A stretch of 51,810 bases of DNA from Minisyncoccota bacterium (GCA_021734995.1 JAIPHX010000006.1:1-51810); one strand, 5' to 3'. Positions 8,650-18,662 are shown, numbered from the stretch's first letter. A program made the numbers and translations. Notes: generated by a model not told the origin, from the sequence alone.

Positions 8650-9138
8650 TTATAGAGATTTAATCTTTACAGTGGACTTCTTGTCTCTATCTATTTTCTT
8701 TAGTTTGATAGTAAGCAAACCATGTTTTTCGGTAGCTTCTGCTTCTTCAGGTTCTACTTCTTGAGGAAGGGAAATGGTACGAGAAAAGCTACCCCAATAT
8801 AGCTCTCTAGTAAAATAGTTGTCATCATCTATAGCTTTACTTTCTTCTCTTTTTCCTTTAATACTGATCAAATCTCTACCAATAGACAGCTCTAAATCTT
8901 CTGGGCGTACTCCTGCTACCATTGTCTGTATTACAATATCAGTATTGGTCTGGTATACATCTACAGCGAGCTCAGCGTCTTCGCTTTCTTCTTCAATCCA
9001 CTCTACGCCGTTCTTCTTATCTTCTTTGGTAAGTTTTACTTCTTCTTCTTCATAATCTTCTTCCATACTACCAATACCCGCTAACTTTTCAAAAAAACTT
9101 CTTTTTTTATTTTGCATTTTATTTTTTGTTGAAAACAT
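8650..9138 (-). CDS. Small heat-shock protein (Hsp20/alpha-crystallin)
   Basis: LAVDVYQT..GVRPEDLELSI..IKGKR..RELYWGSFSRTISLP..GLLTIKL; acidic N-terminal arm. Confidence 0.93.
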   Translation of the reverse strand: MFSTKNKMQNKKRSFFEKLAGIGSMEEDYEEEEVKLTKEDKKNGVEWIEEESEDAELAVDVYQTNTDIVIQTMVAGVRPEDLELSIGRDLISIKGKREESKAIDDDNYFTRELYWGSFSRTISLPQEVEPEEAEATEKHGLLTIKLKKIDRDKKSTVKIKSL

Positions 9139-9162
9139 AATTAATAATATTAAAAATAATTT

Positions 9163-9849
9163 TTATTTCATTCTTCTTAATTTTTCAAAAATGAGCATTA
9201 ACACTACAGCTGATACCCACAAGAATCCGAATGCTTTAAAGATATTTCCTTCTGTATCTTCCATTATAAAAAAATTAAAGACACTATGCAAGATGACAGC
9301 AAGCAAAAGTCCAATTACAAAGTGAATTTTTTTTCCAAAAGGGGTAGAATGCATTGCTAATCCTACAGATAATCCAAAAGCTCCACTAGATACTGTATGT
9401 AGTAAAGTAGAACCCAAAAATCTTAAATGGCCTGTAAGAAGACTTACTGTCGCTTGTTCTAGTTGTAATGGCTTTATCAAAAACATTGCGTTTTCAAGTG
9501 CAGCAAATCCAACAGCTGCGGTGATAAAGTATATGGGCCAATCTACATGTTCATCTATCAGAGCAGTTTTTCTGAGGACAACAATCACTGCAAGATATTT
9601 TACAATTTCTTCCACTGTCGCCCATAACACCACTTGCCATTCATAAGAGGCGATATTTAGCTGGATGAATTGTTGAATAGGTAAAATACATATTACAGAG
9701 AGCATTCCTACCAAAAAAACTCCTGTTAATACCCCTTTGGGTTCTGGCTTATCTCTATCTTCTCGAAGCCAAAACAAAAGCCACACAATAGATGGAATGA
9801 TTCCTCCTAAGAGTGCAAGCAAGAGTATTTTGGGGTCTCCTGTAAACAT
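9163..9849 (-). CDS. prsW: PrsW-family intramembrane metalloprotease
   Basis: VEEIVK, GFAALEN, LLHTV and ILHSVFN motifs; multi-TM. Confidence 0.9.
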   Translation of the reverse strand: MFTGDPKILLLALLGGIIPSIVWLLFWLREDRDKPEPKGVLTGVFLVGMLSVICILPIQQFIQLNIASYEWQVVLWATVEEIVKYLAVIVVLRKTALIDEHVDWPIYFITAAVGFAALENAMFLIKPLQLEQATVSLLTGHLRFLGSTLLHTVSSGAFGLSVGLAMHSTPFGKKIHFVIGLLLAVILHSVFNFFIMEDTEGNIFKAFGFLWVSAVVLMLIFEKLRRMK

Positions 9850-9850
9850 A

Positions 9851-12037
9851 TTATATTGGCCATTTTTGAACTAGTAAGAGATCTTCTTCTGCATGCTTCC
9901 CATTTTTTGTATTTATTATTGACCACACTTCTTCTGTGATAAAAGGAGTAAAGGGATGTAAAACTTTTAGTAAAGAATGTAATTGTAGATAAAGGAGAGC
10001 TTTAGCCGAATCACTATTTTTGTTTTCTTGAATCTTTTTCTTTGAACGCTCTATTAAAATATCAGCAAAAGTGTGCCAAAAGTAATGATATGTTTTTTCA
10101 GCTACTAGAGAGAAACGATACTCATCCATTTCTTTAGTGATTGATTGGATGAGTTGTTCTAGCTCTTGCATGCTTGCACTATCTTCTGTGTCCAAATTTT
10201 CTTTTAATTTTTGTAAATCAGAAGAGTCTATGTCATTTGTATTTTCTAAAACAAATCTACTAGCATTCCATATTTTGTTGGCAAACTTTGCATAGCCTCT
10301 GATGTCGTCTTCATTTAATTTTAAATCATTTCCAGGAGTATTGCCGATAATCATGGCAAGGCGAAGAGCGTCGTTGCCATATTTTCCGATAATATCAAGC
10401 GGATCAATTGCTTGGTCACCCAAAGATTTTGACATTTTTTTGCCGTCTTTGGTGCGGACGATACCATGGAAATATACATTTTGAAAAGGAATTTCCTCTA
10501 ATACATATTGAGAAAAAAGAATCATGCGAGCCACCCAAAAGAAAATAATATCATGAGCGGTCTCTAGCATAGTAGTAGGATGATATGTTCTCATATCTTC
10601 GGTATTATCTGGCCAGCCAAGAGTAGAAAAAGTCCAAAGGCCAGAAGAAAACCAAGTATCAAGAGTATCAAGATCTTGTTCCCATTCTTCGTTGGGAGTA
10701 CTTTCTGGACACACTAGTATTTCTTCGGTATTTTTTTTGTACCATACAGGAATGCGATGTCCATAGATGATCTGCCTACTAATACACCAATCTCTAAGAT
10801 TTTGTACCCAATTGAAATATACTTTCTCAAATCTATCAGGAATGATATTGATTTTTTTCTGAGCAATGGGTTCAAGCATCAATTCTTTTAGATTTTTGTT
10901 TTGTCGATCAGGGATTTTTTTATTTACATCTACAAACCATTGCAATTTTGGTAGTGGCTCAATGATTGCTCCTGTGCGTTCTGCGGTAGATACATTTTGA
11001 GTGATTTCTTCTTCTTTTAATAATAGGTTTTGAGAACGAAGCCACTCTACTACAGCTTCTCTCGCTTCTTCTGTTTTTTTACCTAGAATCTTTTCACCTC
11101 CTACTGTCATTTTGGCATACTCGTTGATTACTATTTTTGTGGGTAAATCATGTCTTTGTGCCAATTCCCAGTCAATCATACTATGTGCAGGGGTAACTCC
11201 TAAAGCTCCTGTTCCAAAATCTTTTTCTACTTCTCTATCTGCAATTATTTTTATATGTATTGGCTCACCACAAAATACAGTGTCGTATTCTTTCCCAACA
11301 TATTCTTGGTATCGTTCATCTTCAGGGTGTACCGCTACTGCAGTATCACCAAACTTTGTTTCAGGTCTGGTAGTAGAAATGGGGATAGGGAAGTCCGCAG
11401 AATATTTGAAAGTATATAGTTTGGCTTTTCTTTCTTCATATACTATCTCATCATCTGAAATGACGGTCTGTCCTTTTGGATCCCAGTTGATAATACGATG
11501 CCCGCGATATATTAGACCATCATCATACATTTTTTTGAAGACAGTATTTACGGCTTTGTTTCTTTGTGCGTCTAGAGTAAAAGCTTCACGAGACCAGTCT
11601 AGAGAAGCTCCCATTTTTTTTGATTGATTGACGATAGTGTCATGTGATTCTAGTGCATAGTCTTCTATTTTTTTTAAAAATTCCTCTCTGCTCAAATCAC
11701 TTTTTTTGATTCCTTTTTTAGAAAGTTCTTTTTCTACTTTTATCTGGGTAGCAATAGCTGCATGATCAGTCCCAGGAAGCCACAGAGTTCTTTTACCTTG
11801 CATCCTTGCATAGCGAGTCATGATATCTTGAGTGATAAGCATTAGAGCATGTCCTGTGTGTAATGTCCCTGTCACATTTGGAGGAGGTAAGACCATAGAA
11901 AAGACAGGAGCGTCTTTTGAGGTAACTCCTTTTTCTATACACACATCAGGATTAAAAAAACCGCTCTCGTCCCATTTTTTTAATATTTGCGGTTCAGTTG
12001 AAGATGCGTCATATGGCTTTTTGATTTTTTCTTCCAT
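9851..12037 (-). CDS. valS: Valine--tRNA ligase (short form, no C-terminal coiled coil)
   Basis: PPPNVTGTLHTGHA (HIGH), WCISRQ, DTWFSSGLW and KMSKS. Confidence 0.97.
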   Translation of the reverse strand: MEEKIKKPYDASSTEPQILKKWDESGFFNPDVCIEKGVTSKDAPVFSMVLPPPNVTGTLHTGHALMLITQDIMTRYARMQGKRTLWLPGTDHAAIATQIKVEKELSKKGIKKSDLSREEFLKKIEDYALESHDTIVNQSKKMGASLDWSREAFTLDAQRNKAVNTVFKKMYDDGLIYRGHRIINWDPKGQTVISDDEIVYEERKAKLYTFKYSADFPIPISTTRPETKFGDTAVAVHPEDERYQEYVGKEYDTVFCGEPIHIKIIADREVEKDFGTGALGVTPAHSMIDWELAQRHDLPTKIVINEYAKMTVGGEKILGKKTEEAREAVVEWLRSQNLLLKEEEITQNVSTAERTGAIIEPLPKLQWFVDVNKKIPDRQNKNLKELMLEPIAQKKINIIPDRFEKVYFNWVQNLRDWCISRQIIYGHRIPVWYKKNTEEILVCPESTPNEEWEQDLDTLDTWFSSGLWTFSTLGWPDNTEDMRTYHPTTMLETAHDIIFFWVARMILFSQYVLEEIPFQNVYFHGIVRTKDGKKMSKSLGDQAIDPLDIIGKYGNDALRLAMIIGNTPGNDLKLNEDDIRGYAKFANKIWNASRFVLENTNDIDSSDLQKLKENLDTEDSASMQELEQLIQSITKEMDEYRFSLVAEKTYHYFWHTFADILIERSKKKIQENKNSDSAKALLYLQLHSLLKVLHPFTPFITEEVWSIINTKNGKHAEEDLLLVQKWPI

Positions 12038-12117
12038 TAGTAAAATATACCATAATATATGGCATATTTACAACGAGAAGTTATTGATATTAAAAGAGTG
12101 AATGGGGGAGAGGTGGA

Positions 12118-13194
12118 TTAGAGACAAAGATTTCCTGTCGCTTTTATTTCTTTCATTGCTGTCGCCTTGTCTGGATTTTTTGCATACTGCAAATATCCCG
12201 CTACTCCTATCATTAGAGCATTGTCTCCAGTCAGTTTTTTTTCTGGTAAAAGTATCTTATCTTTTCCAAAAACTTTTTTTAAGACTTTTTGGATATGCTT
12301 GTTGGCAGAGACACCTCCTGCGATAATTATATTTTTTGTATGATAGATCTCATCTGCTTTTTTTAATTTATATACTAGGGTATCAGTCACTGCGTTTTCA
12401 AATTCCATTGCTAGTTCTCTCTGTACTGCTATATTTATCTTTGGAATCTTTTTAAGGGAGTAAAGCACTGCAGTTTTTAATCCAGCAAAAGAAAAATCTA
12501 AGTTTGGTGACTTTAGCATTGGACGAGGAAGATTGAAATTGTATTTTGTTTTTATGTCTTTCCTACCTTCTTCGGCGAGTTTGGAAATTTTTGGGCCTCC
12601 AGGATATTCTAGACCAAGCATTCTAGCTACCTTGTCAAAAGCTTCTCCCACAGCATCATCTAGTGTTTTGCCAATTATTTCATATTCACCAAAGTTTTTA
12701 ATTAAAACTATCTCTGTGTGTCCACCTGATACGAGCAAAGTGAGCATTGGAAACTTTTTTTCTGAAAGATCTACTTTAAAAGTTCCTTTGCTTTTAGCAA
12801 AGACAGAAACAATATGTCCTTCCATATGATTTACAGGCACAATCGGAATGTTCCACTTTTCAGATAATTCTTTAGCAAAAGTGATACCTGTCCAAAGGCA
12901 AGGTTCTAATCCAGGACCATAAGTGACAGTGATAAGATCAATATGATTTTTTTGTGTTAATTTTTCTTCTGGAATCTTTGCTTTTTTTAGAGCTTCTTTT
13001 AGTAAGAGAGGAAGATTTTTGATGTGTTCTTTTTTTGCCATAGCAGGGAAGACTCCACCATATGCTTTGTGAATACTTTGTGAATTTAAAGTATGAGCCA
13101 AAATCTTAAAAGAAGCGTTTTTTAGACCTCCTTTTGCTTCTAGTATTGTAATGCTTGTATCATCGCAAGATGTCTCTATCGCTAGGATTTTCAT
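12118..13194 (-). CDS. tsaD: tRNA N6-adenosine threonylcarbamoyltransferase
   Basis: LAIETSCDDT, NHMEGH, VSGGHT, DDAVGEAFDKVAR, GGVSAN and DNALMI. Confidence 0.97.
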   Translation of the reverse strand: MKILAIETSCDDTSITILEAKGGLKNASFKILAHTLNSQSIHKAYGGVFPAMAKKEHIKNLPLLLKEALKKAKIPEEKLTQKNHIDLITVTYGPGLEPCLWTGITFAKELSEKWNIPIVPVNHMEGHIVSVFAKSKGTFKVDLSEKKFPMLTLLVSGGHTEIVLIKNFGEYEIIGKTLDDAVGEAFDKVARMLGLEYPGGPKISKLAEEGRKDIKTKYNFNLPRPMLKSPNLDFSFAGLKTAVLYSLKKIPKINIAVQRELAMEFENAVTDTLVYKLKKADEIYHTKNIIIAGGVSANKHIQKVLKKVFGKDKILLPEKKLTGDNALMIGVAGYLQYAKNPDKATAMKEIKATGNLCL

Positions 13195-13904
13195 AGTAGT
13201 AGTGGATTTGTGTTGCCAAATGTCTCTATGTATTTTTCTCTTCCAAAATATTTTTTGGCGTCATCAATAGTTTTAGGATAGTTATTATATGCTGGTAGAT
13301 CTTCTGGTAAGTTTTTGTTTTCTATAAAAGATATTATTTTTGCAATTTCCTCTACAAGTGTTGATCCACCTATTGTATTTCCAATCTTATCTAAAATTAA
13401 TTTCCTTTTTTTTATTATTTCTGTATTGGATTCCATAAAAAATGGAGCGATGATTTGTAATATTATTTCATTTTCTGCTGTGTTGTTACCTTTTTTAAAG
13501 TTTTCAGCTATATTTTTGTCTTGCTGACCGATTCTGATTATGTTGGATATGTTTAATGGAATAGTATCTTCAGATAAATTTATTATTCCTTTTAGGTCAA
13601 TGTTAGTATTTGTGTATTTTTTTAGATTATTTATAACACTATGTTCTATACCGTTAGCTGTGCCTTTTGTGAATATGAACATATCAACATCTGAATCAGA
13701 GTTGGCTAGTCCTTTGGTATGAGATCCTAAAAAGGTGGCTCCAATAATATTTGGATATTTTTCTTTTAATTCATCTATGCCTGCACAAACTTTTTTGAGA
13801 ATAGCAATGGATTCGGGCTTCATTGGCCAGCGCTCTTCCCTATGTTGTTCTTGTTGAGTACCTTGTTGGGTACGTTGACTAACCCCGTCAATTTTATTTG
13901 TCAT
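13191..13904 (-). CDS. Pol-beta superfamily nucleotidyltransferase-domain protein
   Basis: GATFLGSHTKG..SDSDVDM (GS..DxD motif). Confidence 0.65.
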   Translation of the reverse strand: MTNKIDGVSQRTQQGTQQEQHREERWPMKPESIAILKKVCAGIDELKEKYPNIIGATFLGSHTKGLANSDSDVDMFIFTKGTANGIEHSVINNLKKYTNTNIDLKGIINLSEDTIPLNISNIIRIGQQDKNIAENFKKGNNTAENEIILQIIAPFFMESNTEIIKKRKLILDKIGNTIGGSTLVEEIAKIISFIENKNLPEDLPAYNNYPKTIDDAKKYFGREKYIETFGNTNPLLL

Positions 13905-13951
13905 AATATTTATATTGGATTACTTTAATAAATTATATTATAATCTACCAC

Positions 13952-14404
13952 ATGTATATAATTTACGCACTATTAGGAGCTCTCATGGCCAGTCTAGGTA
14001 CCATCTTTGCTAAGATGGGTTTGAAAGGAGTGGATGCCAATCTTTTGACAGCGATAAGGGGAATAGTAATGGCTTTGGTAGTATCTATCGCAGCCTTATC
14101 TTTTGGTAAATTATCTCTTACTGCTTTGAATTCTCTTTCAGGCAAACAATGGCTCTTTGTAGTATTGTCTGGTCTTGGTGGTGCATTGTCTTGGATTTTC
14201 TTTTATCAAGCATTAGCAGGAGGTCCTACGGTCACAGTCACGGTTCTCGATAAATTATCAGTGGTACTCACTGCCATACTTGCAACTTTGATTTTGGCAG
14301 AAAAAATGACTCTACAATCAGGGATCGGTTTATTTTTTGTGTTTTTTGGAACATTGCTCGTGGCTATTCCTCTAGAAAAAATGAAAGAGTGGTTTGGGTT
14401 TTAA
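13952..14404 (+). CDS. EamA/DMT family transporter
   Basis: IFAKMGLKGVD..LTAIR, SWIFFYQAL..V..LDKLSVVL; about 5 TMs. Confidence 0.9.
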   Translation: MYIIYALLGALMASLGTIFAKMGLKGVDANLLTAIRGIVMALVVSIAALSFGKLSLTALNSLSGKQWLFVVLSGLGGALSWIFFYQALAGGPTVTVTVLDKLSVVLTAILATLILAEKMTLQSGIGLFFVFFGTLLVAIPLEKMKEWFGF

Positions 14405-14419
14405 TATTTAGTAAATATT

Positions 14420-14452
14420 AAAATAAAACCCGCCTCTTTGTTGAGACGGGTT
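14420..14452 (-). terminator. Intrinsic terminator of minus-strand small ORF
   Basis: On the minus strand: aacccgtctc-aacaaa-gaggcgggtt-ttatttt. The 10-bp stem is fully paired (one G.U) only on this strand. Confidence 0.75.
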
Positions 14453-14594
14453 AATGGTGATTGCATATTACTGTCGCTATTGAGGCGAACATTAGTGCAA
14501 CCATTAAAAAAATCCCCACTTTTATAATAATTTTTACTATCCCTACAGACAATTTAAAAATTATATAAAAATGGAATTTTGTTTCTTCATCCAA
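14451..14594 (-). CDS. Unannotated 47-aa hydrophobic protein MDEETKFHFYIIFKLSVGIVKIIIKVGIFLMVALMFASIATVICNHH
   Basis: TTG start preceded by AAAGGAGGTGA (14600-14610); the stop codon abuts a strand-specific terminator. Confidence 0.6.
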   Translation of the reverse strand: MDEETKFHFYIIFKLSVGIVKIIIKVGIFLMVALMFASIATVICNHH

Positions 14595-14698
14595 GGCTTT
14601 CACCTCCTTTCTTTTTATACAAAAACATTATTTGTGTTTTATGTCAAATTTAAGAAAAATTATTTTGAAAAAGAAATGAAAAATGTCATAATGTTCCT

Positions 14699-15196
14699 AT
14701 GAAAATATTTGGCACATTAGATCAAAAGTTTATTTATTTCTTGCGTAATTACGCAGACGAGATTTCACGAGGAGCACTCTTTATTCTTTTCTTTTGGTTT
14801 GGTGTTTTGAAAGTTTTAGAGTTGAGCCCTGCTGGACCTTTGGTTGTCAAACTTTTAGATGTTACTTTTCTTGGTTTTTTGCCACCAGATATTTTTGTGA
14901 TATGGTTTGGAGTTTTTGAAGTGATTGTTGGCTTTATGATTCTTTTTCCAAAGTTAGAAAGGATTACTTTTGCTTTGCTTCTTTTCCATTTATCTACCAC
15001 TGTGATGCCTTTGTTTATGATTCCTGAAGAAGTATGGGATGGAATTCTTGTGCCAAATCTTACAGGGCAATACATAATCAAAAATGTAGCATTGCTTTCT
15101 TTGGGGCTTGTGTTGTTTGCTCGCTTGAGGCCAATGTTGCAGACAAATTCAATGGTAGGGGAGGAAGAAGAGATGTATAAAAATAGGGAGTATTGA
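14699..15196 (+). CDS. DoxX/YkgB-like membrane protein
   Basis: SRGALFILFFWFGVLK..SPA, FGVFEVIVG and GQYIIKNVAL. Confidence 0.75.
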   Translation: MKIFGTLDQKFIYFLRNYADEISRGALFILFFWFGVLKVLELSPAGPLVVKLLDVTFLGFLPPDIFVIWFGVFEVIVGFMILFPKLERITFALLLFHLSTTVMPLFMIPEEVWDGILVPNLTGQYIIKNVALLSLGLVLFARLRPMLQTNSMVGEEEEMYKNREY

Positions 15197-15307
15197 TTTT
15201 AAGCAAAAAGTATAAGATTCCCTGTATGATTTTTACCCATTATTTTTTTGCTTTTTTTGTAAAAAATGATATATTAATGGTGCGGTTGTTGAAAATATAA
15301 TATATAT

Positions 15308-15382
15308 GGCCCTATCGTCTAACGGTTAGGACATCGCCTTTTCAAGGCGGTAATCAGAGTTCGATTCTCTGTAGGGTCACCA
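15308..15382 (+). tRNA. trnE: tRNA-Glu (TTC)
   Basis: ggcccta/tagggtc acceptor, anticodon loop ttTTCaa, T arm cagag-ttcgatt-ctctg; CCA encoded. Confidence 0.95.
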
Positions 15383-15407
15383 TCAACAGCTATCACAAAT
15401 AGCTTAC

Positions 15408-15433
15408 AAAAAACCTCCTTTCGGAGTTTTTTT
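15408..15433 (+). terminator. Probable terminator after tRNA-Glu
   Basis: aaaaaac-ctcc-tttc-ggag-ttttttt; short stem. Confidence 0.55.
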
Positions 15434-15447
15434 GTTATAATTAATAT

Positions 15448-16092
15448 ATGTCTAATATCTCAGAAATTAAACCAAGTAAAAAAGAGAGAATCGCCCTTGA
15501 ACTATTTTATAATAGATTTTACGATCTTTACGACGAGCTATCTAAAAAAGAATTTTTTAAAGAGAAACCTGAATATCGATTCTATAAAATAAGAGAAATT
15601 TTTTCAATATACAAAGAACTCGTAGGGTACGAGCCAATTCAACATTATATTAAATACGTTAAGAGTGGTGGCAGGCCACCACTTGAAGGATTAGTTATTG
15701 ATGATTTATTTAGTTTTGTTAGAAACCTACTTTTGCATTTCCCAATTTTTGATGACTGGGATAGTGTTTATATAAACAAGGATTTAGCTACTTGGAATAA
15801 AGCAGCAACGATTCATAAGTTTTTACAAAAAAGTAGTCAAATAAAAATTGACGACGAAGGAATCATAAAATATAGGATATGGGAAAAAGATAAGAAATTA
15901 ATGACATATATCCAATTTCATTTACCAGAAGAATATAGCAATAATAATATCTTTCTTAAAGATATTATTTCAGAAAAAGAAGGAGTTAAACTTAGCATCT
16001 CTTTCATGAGGCAGGTTCTAGATACTCAGGTCTATTCCGATAAAAAAGAAGATATTACAATAATGTCCCAAGTTTGTCTACCAAAACAGTAA
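15448..16092 (+). CDS. Hypothetical protein with RxxxxH (possible HEPN) motif
   Basis: RNLLLH at 15721-15738; predominantly helical-looking; first gene of the tRNA-Glu island. Confidence 0.6.
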   Translation: MSNISEIKPSKKERIALELFYNRFYDLYDELSKKEFFKEKPEYRFYKIREIFSIYKELVGYEPIQHYIKYVKSGGRPPLEGLVIDDLFSFVRNLLLHFPIFDDWDSVYINKDLATWNKAATIHKFLQKSSQIKIDDEGIIKYRIWEKDKKLMTYIQFHLPEEYSNNNIFLKDIISEKEGVKLSISFMRQVLDTQVYSDKKEDITIMSQVCLPKQ

Positions 16093-16096
16093 AAAT

Positions 16097-16663
16097 ATGA
16101 ATACATCTTTACAAAAGATACGTCTTTATATAAAAACAGTCAGCGCTTTAAAGAAATCAAGGTTTTATTTATCAACTTCTACTGTTGGGGTAAAAAGTGT
16201 TAAACGTAAAGACAAGAAGACACAATTAAAAACTTTCGGTTTTGATGAAGATTTTTTACGTTCTGCCTTAATTGATTTTAGAAAAATTATTTTAAATGGA
16301 GAACCAACAAACTTTTTTGTAATTTGTAATATAATTGAAAAAGGTAGTTTCTCAGATATTTTAAAAAGAAAAGTGCGAACCATAAGAAAAGAATTCTCTG
16401 AAACATTAAATAAGGACGTAACCCTGTATGATCGTCAAACAAACGATAAACCAAAAGACGTTTTAGATAAATGGCTTAATGGAAAATATTTTCATCAAGA
16501 AAAAGATAAACGTCAAAGTATTAATAAAATGAGTTTTATAGTGCATGTCCATAAATTAGTATTTGTTGCCACAGTATTGGATTTAAGTAAAATAGCTGTT
16601 AAATTATCAGATATTCTTGACTTATATCTAAAAAACAATAAAGCACGAGAAAGGTCGCTGTGA
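16097..16663 (+). CDS. Hypothetical protein
   Basis: 188-aa ORF 4 nt after the previous gene; contains WLNGKYFH. Confidence 0.6.
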   Translation: MNTSLQKIRLYIKTVSALKKSRFYLSTSTVGVKSVKRKDKKTQLKTFGFDEDFLRSALIDFRKIILNGEPTNFFVICNIIEKGSFSDILKRKVRTIRKEFSETLNKDVTLYDRQTNDKPKDVLDKWLNGKYFHQEKDKRQSINKMSFIVHVHKLVFVATVLDLSKIAVKLSDILDLYLKNNKARERSL

Positions 16664-16798
16664 TATTATAAAGTTAGTAAACAAGCTTTACGGGGTAATG
16701 AACTATCTGGTTCTATCTGTTAAAGGCTCACTTTTAAGAGCGCGCACGAGAAGCATACAAATCTCCTTGTTTTTTGAGTTTTGTGATAAAATCACTAT

Positions 16799-17488
16799 AT
16801 GGAATTAAAAGATAAAATTATAGTAGTAACTGGTGGAAGTCAGGGTTTTGGTAAAGAACTTGCTAGGTCATTTATAAATAACGGATCTAAGGTTATTATC
16901 TCCAGTCATGGAAAAGAAAGTTTAGAATTAACAGCTAATGAATTATCTACCGATAGTTTTATTGCTGATGTTACTTCCTTTGATGATATTAAAAAACTTG
17001 GTGAATATGTTGTTCAAAAATACGGAAAAATAGATATTTGGATTAATAATGCAGGTATTCAGATTGCTCCAAGTTTAATTGAAGAAGTAGATATTAAAAA
17101 ATTACATCATTTATTCGATGTAAACTTTTTTGGATATTTTTATGGATGTCAGGTTGCGCTTACTCAAATGAAAAAACAAAACAGTGGATTAATAATAAAT
17201 ATTAATTCAACTGCTGGACTTGATGGTAAACCAGAAATATCAGCTTACTCTTCTTCTAAGTTTGCGATTAAGGGGTTAACAGAATCAATCAGGAAAGAGG
17301 TTAAAGATTTTAATATTCAAGTTTATGGAATATTCCCTGGTGGAATGCAAACAGATATTTATAAAGAAAAATACCCAGAGGATATAAAAGAATATATGGA
17401 AATTGATACTGTTGCAGAGAAAGTTATAAATAATTTAAAATCAGATAACCCAGAAATTGATTTTATTATTAAACGACCAGTAAAATAA
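16799..17488 (+). CDS. Short-chain dehydrogenase/reductase
   Basis: TGGSQGFG, NNAG and YSSSK (YxxxK). Confidence 0.95.
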   Translation: MELKDKIIVVTGGSQGFGKELARSFINNGSKVIISSHGKESLELTANELSTDSFIADVTSFDDIKKLGEYVVQKYGKIDIWINNAGIQIAPSLIEEVDIKKLHHLFDVNFFGYFYGCQVALTQMKKQNSGLIININSTAGLDGKPEISAYSSSKFAIKGLTESIRKEVKDFNIQVYGIFPGGMQTDIYKEKYPEDIKEYMEIDTVAEKVINNLKSDNPEIDFIIKRPVK

Positions 17489-17565
17489 TGTTATGGAGAA
17501 ATTCGAGATTAAAAACATAGTTAGCTCACATATTAAAATTTCTTGACCAGCAAGATGCATATAAC

Positions 17566-18039
17566 ATGATAAGAAAACGGGAAGAGAAAGACAATGATGC
17601 AATAATGAGTGTTTGGTGTGAAGCTTCAAATTTGGCACATCCTTTTTTGAGTGCTGATTTTGCAGAGAAAGCAAAAAAAGACATGCGAAATATTTATATT
17701 CCTAATACTGAAACTTGGGTTTTTGAAGATAATAATATTGTTATCGGTTTTATTAGTATGCTTGGGAATGAGATAGGAGGACTTTTTGTGTCACCTGATA
17801 ATCATTTTAAGGGCATTGGAACACAGTTAGTGAATTTTGTTAAAGAATTTAACAGCGAGTTGGAGGTAGAAGTTTTTGAGAAGAATACTATTGGGAGAGC
17901 TTTCTACAAGAAATATGGTTTTACTCTAATTAAACAGTTTCATCATACAGAAAGTGGCAATGATGTATTAAGATTGGGTTTAAAGACAGAAAGAGGTGCA
18001 ACATCGAATGGTCGCGCAAGAAGAGTCGACTTAATATAG
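17566..18039 (+). CDS. GNAT family N-acetyltransferase (YiaC/YjaB-like)
   Basis: GFISML..IGGLFV...KGIGTQLV..N..GRAFYKKYGF. Confidence 0.9.
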   Translation: MIRKREEKDNDAIMSVWCEASNLAHPFLSADFAEKAKKDMRNIYIPNTETWVFEDNNIVIGFISMLGNEIGGLFVSPDNHFKGIGTQLVNFVKEFNSELEVEVFEKNTIGRAFYKKYGFTLIKQFHHTESGNDVLRLGLKTERGATSNGRARRVDLI

Positions 18040-18124
18040 TGAAATTATTAGAAAAAGCATTGCAGAGTAGGGTAATATTACTTCCAATGAAGTGTATTTT
18101 AAATTGTGTCTAAGTTCAGATACA

Positions 18125-18158
18125 TATCACATTCTTTAGAAAACCAAAGAATGTGATA
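18125..18158. repeat. Perfect 13-bp inverted repeat (terminator or operator)
   Basis: tatcacattcttt-N8-aaagaatgtgata, upstream of the NUDIX -10 element. Confidence 0.6.
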
Positions 18159-18186
18159 ACTCAACAAATCTGGTATAATAAACTCC

Positions 18187-18645
18187 ATGCCACACATCAA
18201 TGAAAAAATAGATTTTGCTGTAGAAGTCTTTGTGGTATATAAAAATAAAGTGTTGCTTCGTCTGCATGATAAATATAAGATCTGGCTTAGTGTTGGGGGT
18301 CATGTTGATTTAGACGAAGACCCAAATCAAACTGCTCTACGAGAAGTAAAAGAAGAAGTAGGTTTGGATGTTTCTTTATACGATAAAAATCTGATATTTA
18401 AATATGAAGAAAAAGGGAATAGGCAACTCATTCCACCAATTGCATTAGGAAGACATAATATTTCAGAGATGCATGAGCATGTAGTTTTTATATATTTTGC
18501 TACATCTAATACAGATGAAGTAATTCCAGAAAAAGAAACTGATCAATGGAAATGGGTAGGAATGGAAGAGTTGGATAGTATGGATTTAAGACCTGACATA
18601 GCTTTTTATGCCAAAGAGGCATTAATACGCCTTGGCTCTGCTTGA
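18187..18645 (+). CDS. NUDIX hydrolase
   Basis: GGHVDLDEDPNQTALREVKEEVGL Nudix box. Confidence 0.93.
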   Translation: MPHINEKIDFAVEVFVVYKNKVLLRLHDKYKIWLSVGGHVDLDEDPNQTALREVKEEVGLDVSLYDKNLIFKYEEKGNRQLIPPIALGRHNISEMHEHVVFIYFATSNTDEVIPEKETDQWKWVGMEELDSMDLRPDIAFYAKEALIRLGSA

Positions 18646-18662
18646 TTTATTTCCTTTTGTTT
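18621..18662 (+). repeat. 42-bp direct repeat, copy 1 (3' end of NUDIX gene)
   Basis: attaatacgccttggctctgcttgatttatttccttttgttt; 41/42 identical to 19454-19495. Confidence 0.9.

Noticed and set aside
9851-12037. ValS shorter than the E. coli enzyme
   Set aside because: All catalytic motifs are present and the stop is clean; C-terminally reduced ValS is ordinary in reduced genomes.
14453-14505. aatggt..tgca/tgca..accatt hairpin as a possible ncRNA or riboswitch
   Set aside because: It lies within the 47-aa minus-strand ORF and matches no riboswitch consensus I recognise.
17505-18040. Integron attC-like ends (gttagctcacat before, and GC-rich tail after, the GNAT gene)
   Set aside because: I could not build paired R''/R' and L boxes, and no integron integrase is present.
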